Notes: generated from the letters alone by a model not told the origin. 64,000 bases of DNA from Eledone cirrhosa (GCA_964016885.1 OZ024742.1:190526001-190590000), one strand, 5' to 3'; shown: positions 1 through 15,782, counted from the stretch's first letter. Made by a program: numbers and translations.

Positions 1-1105
1 TGAAACAAATGGGACCTACCCCTTGTATAGGAGCAAATTTTGGAATAGAATAGAAAGAACTGGGAATAAGGTTAATAGAATAAACTCATGGTATGATAGC
101 AATAAATACCAGAGTGTAATATTCATCAATACAACCCCTAGAGGTGAACTAGCTTATAAATTTAGAAGGGCCCTAGATAAACTTAAACTAAATATTAAGA
201 TAATAGAAAAACCAGGTACTTCCATAAAAACACTTATTAGTAATACATACCCTTTTTCAAAGACCTCCCTGTATAGGCATGAAATGCATAATTTGTAAAC
301 TAAGGACCCATATTAACTGTAAAACTAGAAACATAGTATATACCATAACATGTACTGAAGTACAATGTAAAGATAAGAATATAGTGTACATATGTGAGAC
401 AGCTCGTAGTATAGTGGCACGATTAAATGAACACTGGCAAGAGCTTCAAGATAGAGAAGAATCATCAGTACTCCACCAACATGCTAAAATAGAACATAAG
501 GGCAAATTAGAGAACATAGAAATAAAAATAAAATCTACACACAGAGAGGCCGCAATGTTTAGACAAATCACAGAGGCAATAAACATAAATGAACTCGAAA
601 CAAAATTAAATAGAAAACATAAATGGAATAGCAACATCACAACTTACAATTAAGGACAACATTTAAACACATACACATAGAACAAACAACCAACCAGTAA
701 CATGTAAATAAACAAATAAATAAACAAATAAAAACACACACAAACACCCGGATGTAACGCACGCGTAAACTAAGCACACAGCACACACAAAAACAAGATG
801 GCGTAGGACAGAACAAAGGAGAGGCACAAAACAAAGAGAAGAATCTCCAGTCACTGAAGATGTCACAGAATGTGTGACGAAAGAACTTTGACAATATATG
901 AACAACCGTCCGGTTGTGGAACCAACCAACTAACCAACCAGAAATTTATAAATTTCTTAAATTTATAAATTTAATTTATAATAAATTGAACTGAAACATC
1001 TGGTGCGTGTGTTTTTCTTATTTGCAATATGACCCTCGCAAAGTATAACAATATCGGTTTCAACACACGTTTTCAGATAAAGAATCTTGCTAAACAAATT
1101 CAGAA
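1..1105 (+). mobile_element. Penelope-like element 3' part: RT thumb/linker + GIY-YIG endonuclease (frameshifted) + 3' terminal repeat with HHR
   Basis: ORFs 23-298 and 279-653 read through a frameshift: CIGMKCIIC..NCKTRNIVYTITC..C..YICETARS..RLNEH..SVLHQH..H..RQITEA, a GIY-YIG layout. Ends in (TA)n. Confidence 0.85.
850..892 (+). ncRNA. Minimal type I hammerhead ribozyme motif
   Basis: GTCA-CTGAAGA-T-GTCAC agaatgt GTGAC-GAAA-gaac-TT-TGAC: stem I, core, stem II and minimal stem III, lying downstream of a PLE ORF. Confidence 0.75.
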
Positions 1106-1114
1106 ACGATATAT

Positions 1115-1147
<33 letters not shown>

Positions 1148-1229
1148 GTAATAATAATAAAATTGAAGACTAAAATCCAAAGAGGGCTCGATAAGGAAAA
1201 TATATATCAAATATATAAGAACCGTAGAG

Positions 1230-1307
<78 letters not shown>

Positions 1308-1477
1308 ATAGCTTGACCATTATAATATTATTACTCTCATTCTGTGTACGACGGAATGTTTGCATAGTAATCAATTAGAAGTCAGTATGTTACGTTTTCA
1401 CCACATTCTATTGTTATGCACATTTCAATGATATATGTTATGTAATGCTCAGATACGATCTTATATATATATATATT

Positions 1478-1535
<58 letters not shown>

Positions 1536-2175
1536 TATATAAATACGCCGCCACATATATATACATGTGTGTGTGTGTGTATTGGCATTTATTTATATAT
1601 GTATATATATCTATATATGTAATTTTACAAAAGCACTTTTCCAAATAATTTCGGCATAGTCTTTCCTCTTGGGCACACGTGTTATGACACAATCGATTTT
1701 TAAATGTCAATTAGTTCAGCATTCCTAATTCAATCGATTTCTTTAAATATTTGATTATTATTGATGAAATATGAATGACAAAAGTAAATATCGTGGGGCA
1801 TTAATTTTCACCCTCTTATGATCTCTGTTCAAATAACCGCTGATGCCAAATTCGACACTAATCTATTCAATATGATACATAGTTACCTATTATGTGCTTG
1901 CATCGATTCCTATAAACCAGAGATGTCCTAATCCAAGAAATCAACTTTTAGTTATTATTTATTATTCTTGTTATTATTATTATTTTTTTTAACGATGTTA
2001 AAGTCCTTTATTAATTGAGCCGTTATACATATGACTCCCCATATGTTAATATCCAGTCCTAAACCCGATCCCTAATAAGAACATTTTTTTTTATACCTTC
2101 ACCATATTTCCTCATTATCATATTACTTTATATCATTATCATATATATCATTATCATATTTCCTCATTATCATAT

Positions 2176-2356
2176 TTGGCAGTATCGGTAGAGGGTTGAA
2201 CGCCATGCGTTGACGCATAGAGTTACTGCCCTTGCCATTCTGAGTTCAAATCCCGCCGAGGTTAACTTTGCCTTTCATCCTTACGGGGTCGATAAAATAA
2301 AGTACCAGTAATGCACCGGGAAATTGCTGGCCTTGTGCCAAAAGTAGAAACAATTA
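2176..2356 (+). mobile_element. tRNA-derived SINE (family A), 5'-clipped
   Basis: A-box-like TGGCAGTATCGGTAG, B-box GAGTTCAAATCC, body CTTTGCCTTTCATCCTTACGGGGTCGATAAAATAAAGTACCAG. About 11 copies in the window. Confidence 0.85.
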
Positions 2357-2974
2357 TCATATTACTTTATATCATTATCATATATATCATTATCATATTT
2401 CCTCATTATCATATTACTTTATATCATTATCATATATCATTATCAAACAGAGAAAAAAGGGGGAAATAGAAGGAAAGGAAGAATAGGGAAATATAGAAAA
2501 AAAAAAAGCAAGAAAGAGGAAAAAGAACGGGAAGGAAAGGGGATAGAAAGAGCTCTGGTGTCACAGAAGAGAGGGGAGGTGTGAAGGGGTTGGGTGATTG
2601 GGCTTTGCTATGAAGAGACAATATTTTTCAGTACTGGGATCGAATATATTTTTTGTTTAAACAACTATTTCTGACAATACTGAGTACTTGTCTGATTATC
2701 AGTAACAAAAATTCCCGCCATTGTGGATTTAAAAATATGAGTATGAAATGTATTGGAAATATGATTTCCTAATATTTTCTTCAGACCGAGGTATATCCTA
2801 TTGCTGAGGACTGCAAGATTGAGAAAACATGCATGAGTCATACAGTATTCTGAATAGATAGATTAGAGAATATACTATATCATCAGTGTCCAATGGTAAA
2901 TTGGCTCAAACGTTAGAATGTGTCTTATCCTTTTCACAACCGCATTTCTAATGAAATACAGTCTATTTTAATTA

Positions 2975-3092
2975 ATTAATTGTTTCTACTTTTTGGCCCA
3001 AGGCCAGCAATTATCCTAGTTCATTACTGGTTCTTTATTTTATCAACACCGTAAAGATGAAAGACAAAGTTAACCACGGAGGGATTTGAACT
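2975..3092 (-). mobile_element. SINE family A, partial
   Basis: Reverse complement of the family A body and tail. Confidence 0.75.
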
Positions 3093-3944
3093 AATTAATT
3101 AATTAGAACTAATTAATTTGAACTAATGAATTAATTAATGAAGAATTTTAAGGTATTTACTAAACTTATTAATTATGTTATTGCTAAGATAGTAACTTAA
3201 TGTAAGGTTCTTATATAAAATTATTTGGGAAGATTTTAATTCAAAATGGAAACATTTAAAATGGGTGGTTTTATTTCAGAGAACCAGAGCCGGTTTTAGC
3301 CGGGTCGGTGACTAAAGGGGTAACATACCTTTCTGTATGTATTTCGGTTTCTTGTGTTCTGACTTAGAACTCCAACCGAAATTGTTGGAGAGTTGTACCT
3401 GATTTGGAGTCTGGGCGCAGAGAGCCTCCCAAAACAATGCAAAATATTCTGCAAATTCACTGCCGATAACGATATATAAGCTCCTAATATCATTCAATCC
3501 ATGCTGTTTTTGTGAGTAAAGTTGATACTCGTGCAAGCGCTTTTTTCCACTGATTCGCCTATTGAGATACTATGAAAATCACATTAAATGTGGCACGATT
3601 CCTCTTACGTGGGAATGGTTTAATCACAATATGGTATTAATCTACGAGTAGATGTCTGAATTGTTATAAAAAACAAACGCAACAAAATTGTTCAATTGGA
3701 AGGAAACACGTAGACATGTACGAGATTAAAGAATTGCGGGATAGAAATATAATCTTTGGTTATTTGATATCTCTATGAAATATAAATTGAAGCAGTTAGA
3801 TGCCGTGACTTAGACTACGATTTAAATTAAACAAGAAAAATCCCGATCTTTTGTTATGTTAATTTATACAAGAACAAACTCCTACGTAAACGTAAAAGAA
3901 AGAATACTTTGAGAATTTAGTTTTATTCCGCTCTTTTAAGGCCC

Positions 3945-4270
3945 CACTCGCTCAAATGATCATGGTTTTACACCTAGAAAGTTTCCCTCCAAGGCGCAAG
4001 CCTGGGCAAAGTTTGTTTTGTGGCAGACCAGAAGTCGCCCCATGCATACCAGTCTCCCCTCCCCATGCCACCGACGTCCAAGGGAAAGGCAATGGGCCGA
4101 TACAGCTTGATACCAGTAACGTCGCAACTCATTTCTATAGCTGAGTAAACTGGAGCAACGTGAAATAAAGTGTCTTGTTCAAGGACACAACACATCACCC
4201 GGTCCGAGAAGAATCGAACTCACAACCTCTCAATTTCAAGCGCAATGCTCTAACTACTAAGCCATGCATC
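3945..4270 (-). mobile_element. tRNA-derived CORE-type SINE (family B)
   Basis: Minus strand: TGGCTTAGTAGTTAGAGC (A box), GAGTTCGATTC (B box), then CORE-like GTGTTGTGTCCTTGAACAAGACACTTTATTTCACGTTGCTCCAG. Confidence 0.75.
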
Positions 4271-4319
4271 CCTCTAACATAGCGGATACGTAAATGTATT
4301 CGTGAGTTTTATATCGTAT

Positions 4320-4495
4320 AATAATTGTTTCTACTTTTGTCACAAGGTTAACAATTACCCCAGTGCATTACTGGTACTTTATTTTATCGATCCCATCAGG
4401 ATGAAATGCAAAGCTAACCTCGGCGGGATTTGAACTCAGAATATAAAGGGCCATGACTCTATGCTGCAAAGCATGGTGTCTGACGCTCTACCGAT
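4320..4495 (-). mobile_element. SINE family A
   Basis: Reverse complement match to 4680-4876. Confidence 0.85.
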
Positions 4496-4679
4496 GCAAA
4501 TATTCTTTGCATTAATGTGTTTTATATCGAATAATCATAATATTCGATTCGTTTGCAAGCAAACAACCTCATTACGCCATGTTTTTTAGATGAGCATCGC
4601 CATCCCTAGAACAAAAAGATGGCTATGGTCATAGCGGAATGAGGCTGTTTGCTTGCAACCCAATCGAATATTATTATTA

Positions 4680-4876
4680 GGGCGGTGGATTGGCAGTATC
4701 GGTAGATCATCAGACACCCTGCTTTGTGGCATAGAGTTATGGCCCTTTATGTTCTGAGTTCAAATCCCGCAAAGGTCAACTTTGCCTTTCATCCTTACAA
4801 GGTCGACAAAATAAAGCACCAGTAATGCACTGGGGTAATTGCTGGCCTTGTGCCAAAAGTAAAAACAATTATTATT
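4680..4876 (+). mobile_element. SINE family A, full length
   Basis: GGCGGTGGATTGGCAGTATCGGTAG head, B box, body and (ATT)n tail. Confidence 0.88.
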
Positions 4877-5272
4877 CGATATAAACATCACGAATGCGAA
4901 GAATATTTTACTTGCAGAGACCATAAATTATGTATACTGTTTAGGATGCGACGTTGCTAATTTACCTACTAAAGCAATTTAACTATTGACTTAATGGACT
5001 TTTCCTACAATGGACATTAAAAGATCATATAATGCAATTTGTGTCCATATATTAAAATCTAGTAAAGTATCGCTTCATGAATCTCCTATCTATATTAAAA
5101 AAACGCAATGTTAAAGAACGTTTTTGTAAAACCTTTGTGAAATGGTTGAATTGAAATCCATATGAAGGTGTATACACACACAGGCACAGGCACACGCACA
5201 CACACGCACCCCCCCCCCCCACCCACACACAGGCACACGCACAGACACGCCCCCCCCACACACAGGCACACG

Positions 5273-5331
<59 letters not shown>

Positions 5332-5751
5332 TGTGTTTGTTTGATGGTAAACTAATGGGTAGATCTAGTCATTCTGATTAGCAGACCGCCATGAAATACG
5401 CAAATAACAAAAGCACTCCACGTATGCGTATCATCCATCAACGGTATGTTATCTTGTGGCTGGTGTAAGATTGGAGTTGAATACTTCAATAGAAATAGAG
5501 AGCCGGATTCAGATATATTACTTTGATGTCGCGCAATTGCGCAATACGTATTTCTGCGTATGTGGAGGCGGGGTGGGTGGGGGTGGGGGTGGGTAGTGGT
5601 GTATGTGTATGTATATGTAGCAATATCCGTAGGTGTGAAAAAGTATCGAGAAAAGAGCAGAAATATTATATTAATTTTTTTTTTATGTTCATATATATCT
5701 ATATCTATATCTATATCTATATCTATCTCTATGTCTCTCTATATATATATA

Positions 5752-5960
5752 TAAAACAATGAGGGTGTGGTAAGATACTAGGTGGACCATAACACATCAG
5801 AGTACTCGATACTTGGTTTAGTAGAGTGGGCAATATGAAAAGATTCAGAACCCAGACGGCTGAGCTCCGGCCGTTTCGACAGCTAGATCCGAATCTAGCT
5901 GTTTGGATCTGGGTGTTGAAACGGCCGGAGCTCAACAGCCGGGGTCCTGAATCTTTTCTT
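5752..5960. repeat. PLE-type terminal repeat fold-back (family with GAAACGGCCGGAGCTCAGCCGTCGGGGTC half-HHR)
   Basis: Inverted arms 5838-5890 / 5900-5960 between (TA)n tracts. Related copies at 10508-10670, 22757-22822 and 35226-35390. Confidence 0.75.
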
Positions 5961-5965
5961 ATGTA

Positions 5966-6011
<46 letters not shown>

Positions 6012-6016
<5 letters not shown>

Positions 6017-6173
6017 TTCTACAGGACTAGAACTGTTTCATTCTTTAGAAATCATCAGGAATGAAACAGTTCTAGTCCTGTAGAATCTCATCTATATTAA
6101 AATGTTTATACTCTGCTATGTATTGAGTACCTTACTTACTGTGGTTACCTCCGATTCAACCCGGAATAACTTA

Positions 6174-6175
<2 letters not shown>
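6012..6175. repeat. Short HHR-bearing fold-back repeat (HHR on minus strand 6016-6062)
   Basis: Minus strand: ATTC-CTGATGA-TTTCTAAAGAAT-GAAA-CAG..CTG-TA-GAAT. Same family at 56091 and 60227; diverged relatives at 29740-29900 and 41160-41225. Confidence 0.8.
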
Positions 6176-6255
<80 letters not shown>

Positions 6256-6936
6256 CGTGTGTGTGTGTGTACGCGTATATATATGTGTGTATATATGTAT
6301 ATTAATGTGGAGAATGACCGCCCAATACCACAGTAGAGATTGATAATTTATTAAAGCTAATGTAGTGGCCTGTTATTATGGAGGTTCCCCTGCATTCTAC
6401 TCCTTCCTAAAATGACGCTTCTTCACTGTTTGGATTTAGAGTCCAGCGAGCCTTTACTTATACAAGAGAGTAATTTATCTGGCGCTCTACCGACTCTAAC
6501 ATTAACCGAATCTAGTAAACCAAGAAAAGATCTGTTTACGTTTTCTGACGGGTATAGCTCTAAATAAACAACAAATAGACTTCCGTCAGTTTTCATGGTG
6601 AATGTTTGAGACTTCTTATGAAATTAATGTGAAAGGGGCCGAATAATCCACAAATCATCATCTGTGTGATACTTTGTGTGACAAGGCTGGGGTTTTGAAT
6701 CCTTGATACATTTGATTAGCCCCTTACAAGGTTCTATTACGTCACTCCCACATTTTTGGTCGACATGAGGCTTATGTAAGCCACCCTTGTCGAAGATGCC
6801 ATACTGTGGGATCGAACAAAGAGTATTAGATTTGCAAAATAACCCTCATTTGTAACGTTACCATATTAGTACAGCTACATAATTTGCTTAGATGTGTTGC
6901 TATAACAAAGGCATACCTAACAAATAGTTCAGGGAT

Positions 6937-7550
6937 ATAACCCTTTCGTTACCATATTTCTTACGAATGATAAAACGTATGATTTTAAAATAATTTTGAA
7001 CGGATTCAATAAACTAACTTTCTCCTTTAATTCATTAAAACAAATTCATTACTATGTTGCTAATAGAATATACTGTCACTGAGTTTGAAATAATTTAAAA
7101 AATAATGACAAATTTGGAGAGATGTATTATTAAGCTGATGTTTGGAACATAACATACCAAAGAGTTTATTAAATGAAATTATAATGGACAGATTTTAGAA
7201 AAATATAAACATTAAAATAATGAAAAATAGAGATTTAGTATTATAATTAGGATTCTTATTATTAAGCTGATATTTGGAACATAACCTACCAAAGAGCTTA
7301 TATTAACTTATAATGGATGTTAGAAACATATAAACACATTAAAATAAATACCTTAATATTATAGAATCAGTGCTGGTTTCAAGCGGTTTGGTATCAGGGG
7401 TGTTAAGCTGGTGTTTGGAAAATAATTTAATAAAGATTTTTTACAGGGAATTATCATAAAAGGGTGATTTTCGATAAATGTAATCACTTTCAGATAGCTT
7501 AATGTTAGAAGCAGGTGTGGTTTCAGGCGATTGGATATTAAAAGCGTTTT
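6937..7550. repeat. Degraded MITE-like repeat with 3 internal ~135-bp units
   Basis: Starts TAACCCTTTCGTTACC. TTAAGCTG(A/G)T(G/A)TTTGGAA recurs at about 7130, 7263 and 7403. An end-like motif also occurs at 3280-3325. Confidence 0.4.
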
Positions 7551-8163
7551 AATGGTTTATATTTTTTAATATTCTAAAAGTTAAACAGTTTATGGAGTGG
7601 AGGTGAATATTATAATATTAATGTTTATTTTTACAACATTTTGAATCGTTATTTAGGCTATTCACCAATAGAGTTTGATTAAAATTGAGTTTTTACTAAT
7701 TTCGTAGCTTTAATTGTCATTGTGAGAGTCTCTTAATACGTTCCCCTCGCAGTCATAACATGGTCAATATCTAGTAATATTATATTTGTTGATCATGCGG
7801 TCAGTGGTGTCATTAAAACTCGTTATCGTGATATTCATCATCATATACATCATCATTGCTGTCACCGCTGTTATAATGATAGTGATGATGATTATAACGT
7901 TGATTGTGGTAATAATTATTTTTACTATTATTGTAAATATCATCGTAATCATCACCATCTTTACTATTCTTAAAAATTAAATTTTTCTCTCTGATATTTA
8001 AAATTCCTCTACTAGAAACACGACCACTAACACCACTTTATCCTCTAATACCAACATCTCCACCGAGACTATCATTTTGCACTGCGACTAACGAGACGAT
8101 GCATACAAATATTACTTTTGTTATAGAAATCATCCTCTCTATATAAAATGATAGAATTAATTT

Positions 8164-8210
8164 ACTTCTGATGAGGAAACAAAAATTCCGAAATGTTTTA
8201 ATCATAATCT
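8164..8210 (+). ncRNA. Degenerate hammerhead motif
   Basis: CTGATGA-GGAA acaaaaa TTCC-GAAA-TG..CA-TA; stem I is poorly paired. Confidence 0.5.
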
Positions 8211-8811
8211 CGCAGGATTTTCTGCGAAGAGAATAATAATGGAATTATTATTTTTTACATTTTATCCTTTCCACACAAACAACAACGAATTAAACAAATC
8301 AAAACCAACTGTAGTTATATCAACATTAAATTAAACTTCATTCATCTAATATATACCTACTTTCTAGCATCAATATGTATTATTTTATTATTTACTTTGC
8401 CAAGCGTATGCAGGTCTTGCAAATTTGACTGATCACTTCACAGAAATTTAAGAACTTAAGAATTTAAGGCTATAGAAACATTACTCTACATGGGGTAGTT
8501 ATCTTTGGATGGGGAGAGACACAAACTCACTCGGCTTGTATCAAATATCGAGGGGTGATAATTCACACGTTCATACTTGAAAATATAACCACAATATTGT
8601 GATTGTCTTGATGATACTGATGATGATGATGATGTTCCACATCACACCCATTCCCCCACCAACATTATACTATTGCCAATGAAATGAAAATTCTTCATTC
8701 ACCAAGCATTTCCCGCCGTCTTCTCATCTAATTCTAACAAATTAAACATTGAACAAACCAATTCTTCAATTACAACGCAGACGTTTTCATTGTCTCATAT
8801 GTAAACATCTG

Positions 8812-9500
<689 letters not shown>

Positions 9501-9770
9501 TTATGTGTATGTGTGTTGAATGCGTATGTAATTGTTATTGGAGATTTAAAGACAATAACTTTTTTTGTCCTTTCCATTACTAGTCTGTTCAAAATTTCAG
9601 TATAATTGCATTTCCTCAAAGAATGCAAATTCTCACACAGATAAGATTCGTTAAATTGGGTCGACATACATAGGACGGAATTGATGCATTCTTCTTCTTC
9701 TTCTTCTTCTTCTTCTTCTTCTTCTTCTTCTTCTTCTTCTTCTTCTTCTTCTTCTTCTTCTTCTTCTTCT

Positions 9771-9804
<34 letters not shown>

Positions 9805-10000
9805 AGTTCTCGTGTCACCATCAACGTTAAGTACTATAGAAATAAGAAATATAACGTGTAGCACTACTGTCGCTATTGAGGCATTGAGAACTCTCTATTG
9901 AATGCAACCAAATCACACTCACACACACATACACACACACAAATATATCTATACATGCATACATATATACACGCATGCACACACATATACACGCACACAC

Positions 10001-10031
<31 letters not shown>

Positions 10032-10360
10032 TAGAGAGATATAAACATGCGATTATATATGTATATATATACATATATATATGCTATATATATATCACTT
10101 TCTCTCTCTCTCTCCCTCTCTCTCTCTTTCTCTTTCTCTCTCTCTATATATATATATATTTGTATTTATGCATACACACATGCATTTGGAAATTCTGCTT
10201 CGAGGGATGAAGACGTATCTGAAGAACTTGCGATTTCAGAGTCAGGTTCGATCCTCGCATCGATCGTACCTCGAGCTGGTCGCCAGAGAAACGATTGTAA
10301 TATGTCTAATAATTTCTAATTCCTCGCAACACTGTTTCTCCGTTTCTTATGTGATATATA

Positions 10361-10444
<84 letters not shown>

Positions 10445-10463
10445 AATAGGAAACGTGATTTAC

Positions 10464-10511
<48 letters not shown>

Positions 10512-10666
10512 ACAAAGAGGGTGTGGTAAGATACCAGATGGACCATAACGCACCAGAGTACACACTTCTTAGGGTAGTAGAGTGAGTAATAGGAAAAGTG
10601 TCAGGACCCCGACGGATCTAGCTATCGAAACGGCCGGAGCTCAGCCGTCGGGGTCCTGACACTTTT

Positions 10667-11018
<352 letters not shown>

Positions 11019-11020
11019 CA

Positions 11021-11168
<148 letters not shown>

Positions 11169-11213
11169 ATAGAATGCCGTTAGCTTCTTGCTAAAACAAT
11201 CTCTATACCTCTC

Positions 11214-11301
<88 letters not shown>

Positions 11302-11971
11302 ATATTAAATAAATGGAAACCATATTTATTCTATTATATATATTTCAAGGGTACCAACATTTTGGTACTCTATCTTCAAATAAAATACGAAGTGTGTTTT
11401 ATAAATTTTGACATAACCAAGGAGAATATACCTTAACGGTTATCCATGGATAGTGAAGGGATAAGAGAAGAAAAGTAAGATATTTCAAATTATTAAGATG
11501 AGTATGCAAATGAGGCTTAGGTAAAAGGGCTGAATAAAACGTCATTTTAGACGCTATGGAAAATTTAAATAATTATGATAAGTTATTGTATGCGTATGAA
11601 AGAAGAGAAAGGAAGAAGAGCTAGCATTTACGTTAATTTGGGGGAAAAAATGTATTTACCTATATTATGAGTTATAATATTGTATATATAATCAATTAGA
11701 TTATATGAATAATTATTTTTGTACGTATTTTTATCTTATTGCATTACTATAGGTTATATGTATATAAATATCTATATATATATTAATAATTGCGTATATA
11801 TTGGTATTATAGAGATAGAGATAATTTACAATTATTAATTGTTTATATATCAAATATGAGTTACGAAGGAGTTGATTTTGTATTTTACTTAAAAATAGAT
11901 GGTTCAAGTTGTGAGAGTAGAACAATTTATGGATTCAAAAATTTTGTTCAACATCGAAAATGTTTTCAGAA

Positions 11972-12460
11972 TCTAAACTATAATAAAGGAAGGTCTGCGG
12001 GATTGCGTACGGTTTTGTTTTTTTTTTCACCGCGTTTGTAAAATAAGTTGGTTTACTTTGAATAAATAATGAATGAATATTACATAATTTATCTACTAAA
12101 TTTCGTGGCTGTTCATTAAATATATTTTGTTTATTTAAAGATTCACTTCTTTAAAATGTCTGAAATGTCAACACTTCCGGTGGCGATCGATTAAATAAAC
12201 ATACTAATTTTCCGCCAGTAATTTTCTCCTAATGCAGTTTATATATATAATATCGTCTTTTTTTAATGTACCATGGATTACGTTACTGATTACATAAGAC
12301 AGTGTAACGCAGTCTTCGTTCAATTTCTATGTATTATATATTGTCAATTACGATTTTATTTGATGTATCATATCTACATGTATATATACCTGCGTATAAT
12401 ATCAATATACACACTACACACGCTAGCAGAAAACCACCCGAAGGGTGGTTCTTCTGCTAG
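11972..12460 (+). mobile_element. Non-autonomous Helitron-like element
   Basis: A|TCTAAACTATAATAAAG start, terminal hairpin AACCACCC gaa GGGTGGTT, end CTAG|T. Confidence 0.6.
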
Positions 12461-13258
12461 TATTGTTAATTTAGCGAAGCTATACAGATTATCAAACATA
12501 ATATATTTATGTTTGCACGATTAAGGAAGGAAAGATAACTCCAATTTTGTTTGTTAACCATTAAATTAGATAAATGATTTACTCAAGAATATATAGAGAA
12601 AATTATATATTATTTTGTGTGAGATCCATTATTTTAGTCGAAAGATGTTTGAATAACAAAAAGAGAGGGGAATGTAATGTGTTTTTCGAAGATCTATCGT
12701 AAAGAGAATACATTTTCAGAATGTCATTTAAAGATTATCAATCTACATCTAAAAATATATTTAGAGGGGTGTCCTTAGAAAAATAATGTCAGAATTAAAA
12801 ATAATTGTTTCTACTTTTTGGCACAAGGCCAGCAATTACCCAGTTCAGGTAAGAATTAAAAATAATGTCAGAATTAAAATAATGTCGGAAATTAAAATAT
12901 TAAATATATTAGAAATATTAGAAATATTAAAATTTTTTAGAAATATTAAAAATATTTAAAAAATATTAAAAATATTAAAAATATTAGAAAAATTTACATT
13001 CAAATTTTATAAAGGTATGATCATTTTGAAGGTGTATAGGAATATTATAAATTAAAAATAGTTCTGAAGGTAGAATTTTGGCGATGTTTGCAAGAAGAAA
13101 ATAATTCTGTTCTGAGATTTCAGCCATTTTACCTAAACCTCATTTGCATACTCATCTTAATAATTTGAAATATCTGACTTTTCTTCTCTTATCCCTTCAC
13201 TATCCAAGGATAACTTGAACCGTTAAAGTATATTCTCCTTTATAAAACACACTTTGTA

Positions 13259-13315
13259 TTTTATCTGATGATAGCGTACCAAAATGTTAGTACCCTTGAA
13301 ATATATATAATAGAA
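13259..13315 (+). ncRNA. Type I hammerhead ribozyme motif
   Basis: TTTAT-CTGATGA-T-AGCGTAC..GTACCCT-T-GAAA-TATATA-TA-ATAGA. Antisense copy at 11328-11385. Confidence 0.7.
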
Positions 13316-14014
13316 TAAATATGGTTTTATAAATATAGTTTCCATTTATTTAATATCATTGTATATTATACTCCAGAAAATCTATAGAGTGCTCTGTATC
13401 AATTATAAACATTTATAATTGTTGAATTACCAACAAATTGAATATCCCTTCTGCTTATATATATATAGCATTCCACCACATCTTTTTACGGAATTACCTT
13501 TATGACTCACCCCACACTAACACACCCCAAAAGTTTTTTTCCCCACACGCCACCTACATCCACAACACGCATAAACACCACACACACGTGCGTACCACCA
13601 CATATTTACACATTCAGCCTCCGGAATCCTCTCCCCCCCACCCCTCTATCCATACACGCACACACACTCCGACCTACACCCCACCCACACACACCTCTTC
13701 CAGAACATGCACCCCCGTTCTTCCCCCAACCCTTGCTTTCACATACACACACACACACACACGTACACCTACACACACACACACCACCTTCAGCCCTCCC
13801 CGCTCGGACACCCCGTCTCCCTCTCCCCACTCCACCCGCCAGCACCCTACACGCCCCACACCCTTCCACCACCTGTTTTACCCCATTTTAATTTTATTTT
13901 GACCATGCCTTTATTTTTAATTTCATTTGCACCGTTTCCTCTCACCCCCTTTTTGCTATATGTCTCTCCACCACTCCCCTACACACCCTTTGAACTCTCT
14001 TCCCACACACTTTT

Positions 14015-14048
14015 CACCTGAAGAAGGGCTTATGCTCGAAACGTCGTT
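14015..14048 (+). ncRNA. Minimal hammerhead motif at the end of a C/A-rich PLE-like 3' UTR (about 13500-14135)
   Basis: CTGAAGA-A-GGGC ttat GCTC-GAAA-CG-TC with palindromic ACGT stem III. Followed by AATAAA and (TA)n. Confidence 0.65.
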
Positions 14049-14132
14049 CCCCACCACCACCCCACTCTCAAGAGCGTGAAATTAATAAACCTTTGTTTGT
14101 ACTGCCTCTCTGTTTTGTTCCCGTTCAATTTT

Positions 14133-14195
<63 letters not shown>

Positions 14196-14614
14196 ATATA
14201 TATACGAGTCAGCTGGTCTTTTATTAGACAGCTTATAAGCTTATATTTCTTTGTACTAAAAATGTTAATTTTACCTACATTATTATAACTATGGTAAATC
14301 GTATATTTTCTGTATGGTTCGAAAGAGTTGTATAAGTATAATTAATATTGTTAGGAATATTTTTATATTCTCATTACTTTTCTACCTTGCCATAGGTATT
14401 ACAAAAAATAATTTATGTTCTTTCTGTAATATTGTCCAATGTATTTGCTCTGGTATATGATTTTTTTATGCTTTTAATTTCCATTGAGATTTTACAGAAC
14501 AACCAAAATATTTTTATTTCGTTTTACCTCTGCTTGTTTATATATACATAAATAAATAAATATATATATATATATATGAGTGTGTGTGTGTGTGTGTGTC
14601 TATCTCTCTATCTA

Positions 14615-14717
<103 letters not shown>

Positions 14718-14738
14718 ATGTGTGTGTATGTGTGTGTA

Positions 14739-14849
<111 letters not shown>

Positions 14850-15335
14850 CTGTGTGTATGTGTACGAAAGAGGTAACTGTACAATATCGATTAAAAGAGA
14901 GTAAGAGAGAGAAGGAGTGAGAGATAGAGAAAATGGAGAGTGAGAATGAGAGAGAGAGAGAGAGGGAGGGAAGAGAGAGAGAAAGAGAAAAAGAGAGAGG
15001 GGGGAGATAGAAAGTACGTGGGGTGAGATAGAGAGAAAGCACGTGGGGAGAGAAAGAAGGAGTAGTGTAAGTTTGAAAGTAATCTTCAAGACTTCAAGAC
15101 ATTTTTCGATTGCGATTGTTGTCATTGTTTTCAGTTATCATGTACCACTTTGCGGCCAAACGAGTACACGAACTGATATTTAACAAACAAATAGATATGA
15201 AAAATAATATTAGCTTTTAAATGTGACACCCTTCAGCTAGAATATATTGATATTCGTAAAAAGAATTTTGTTATTTTCCTCCGGGAAAGATATATCTTAT
15301 AATATTTTGCAAATAAAAAAAAACTGTGAACCAGA

Positions 15336-15412
<77 letters not shown>

Positions 15413-15427
15413 TTATATATATATATA

Positions 15428-15504
<77 letters not shown>

Positions 15505-15668
15505 AAAACTGAAGAGGAATGTCTATGATAAAGTTATTTTCCATCTATTTGTTTGTCGAATGTGACATTCACTACCAGGTCTACGTATAAGATACTATAG
15601 ATTTACGAAATCATCGAATTTGCCCTGGGTTACACACACACACACACACGCACACACATGCACACATG

Positions 15669-15712
<44 letters not shown>

Positions 15713-15713
15713 C

Positions 15714-15782
<69 letters not shown>

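Larger units (their letters stand above)
11298..13362. mobile_element. Decayed PLE-type element bounded by ~235-bp inverted repeats, each with an HHR
   Basis: 11298-11535 is the reverse complement of about 13120-13362. Confidence 0.7.

Noticed and set aside
4680-4780. tRNA gene
   Set aside because: The A/B boxes belong to multi-copy SINE heads and there is no complete cloverleaf.
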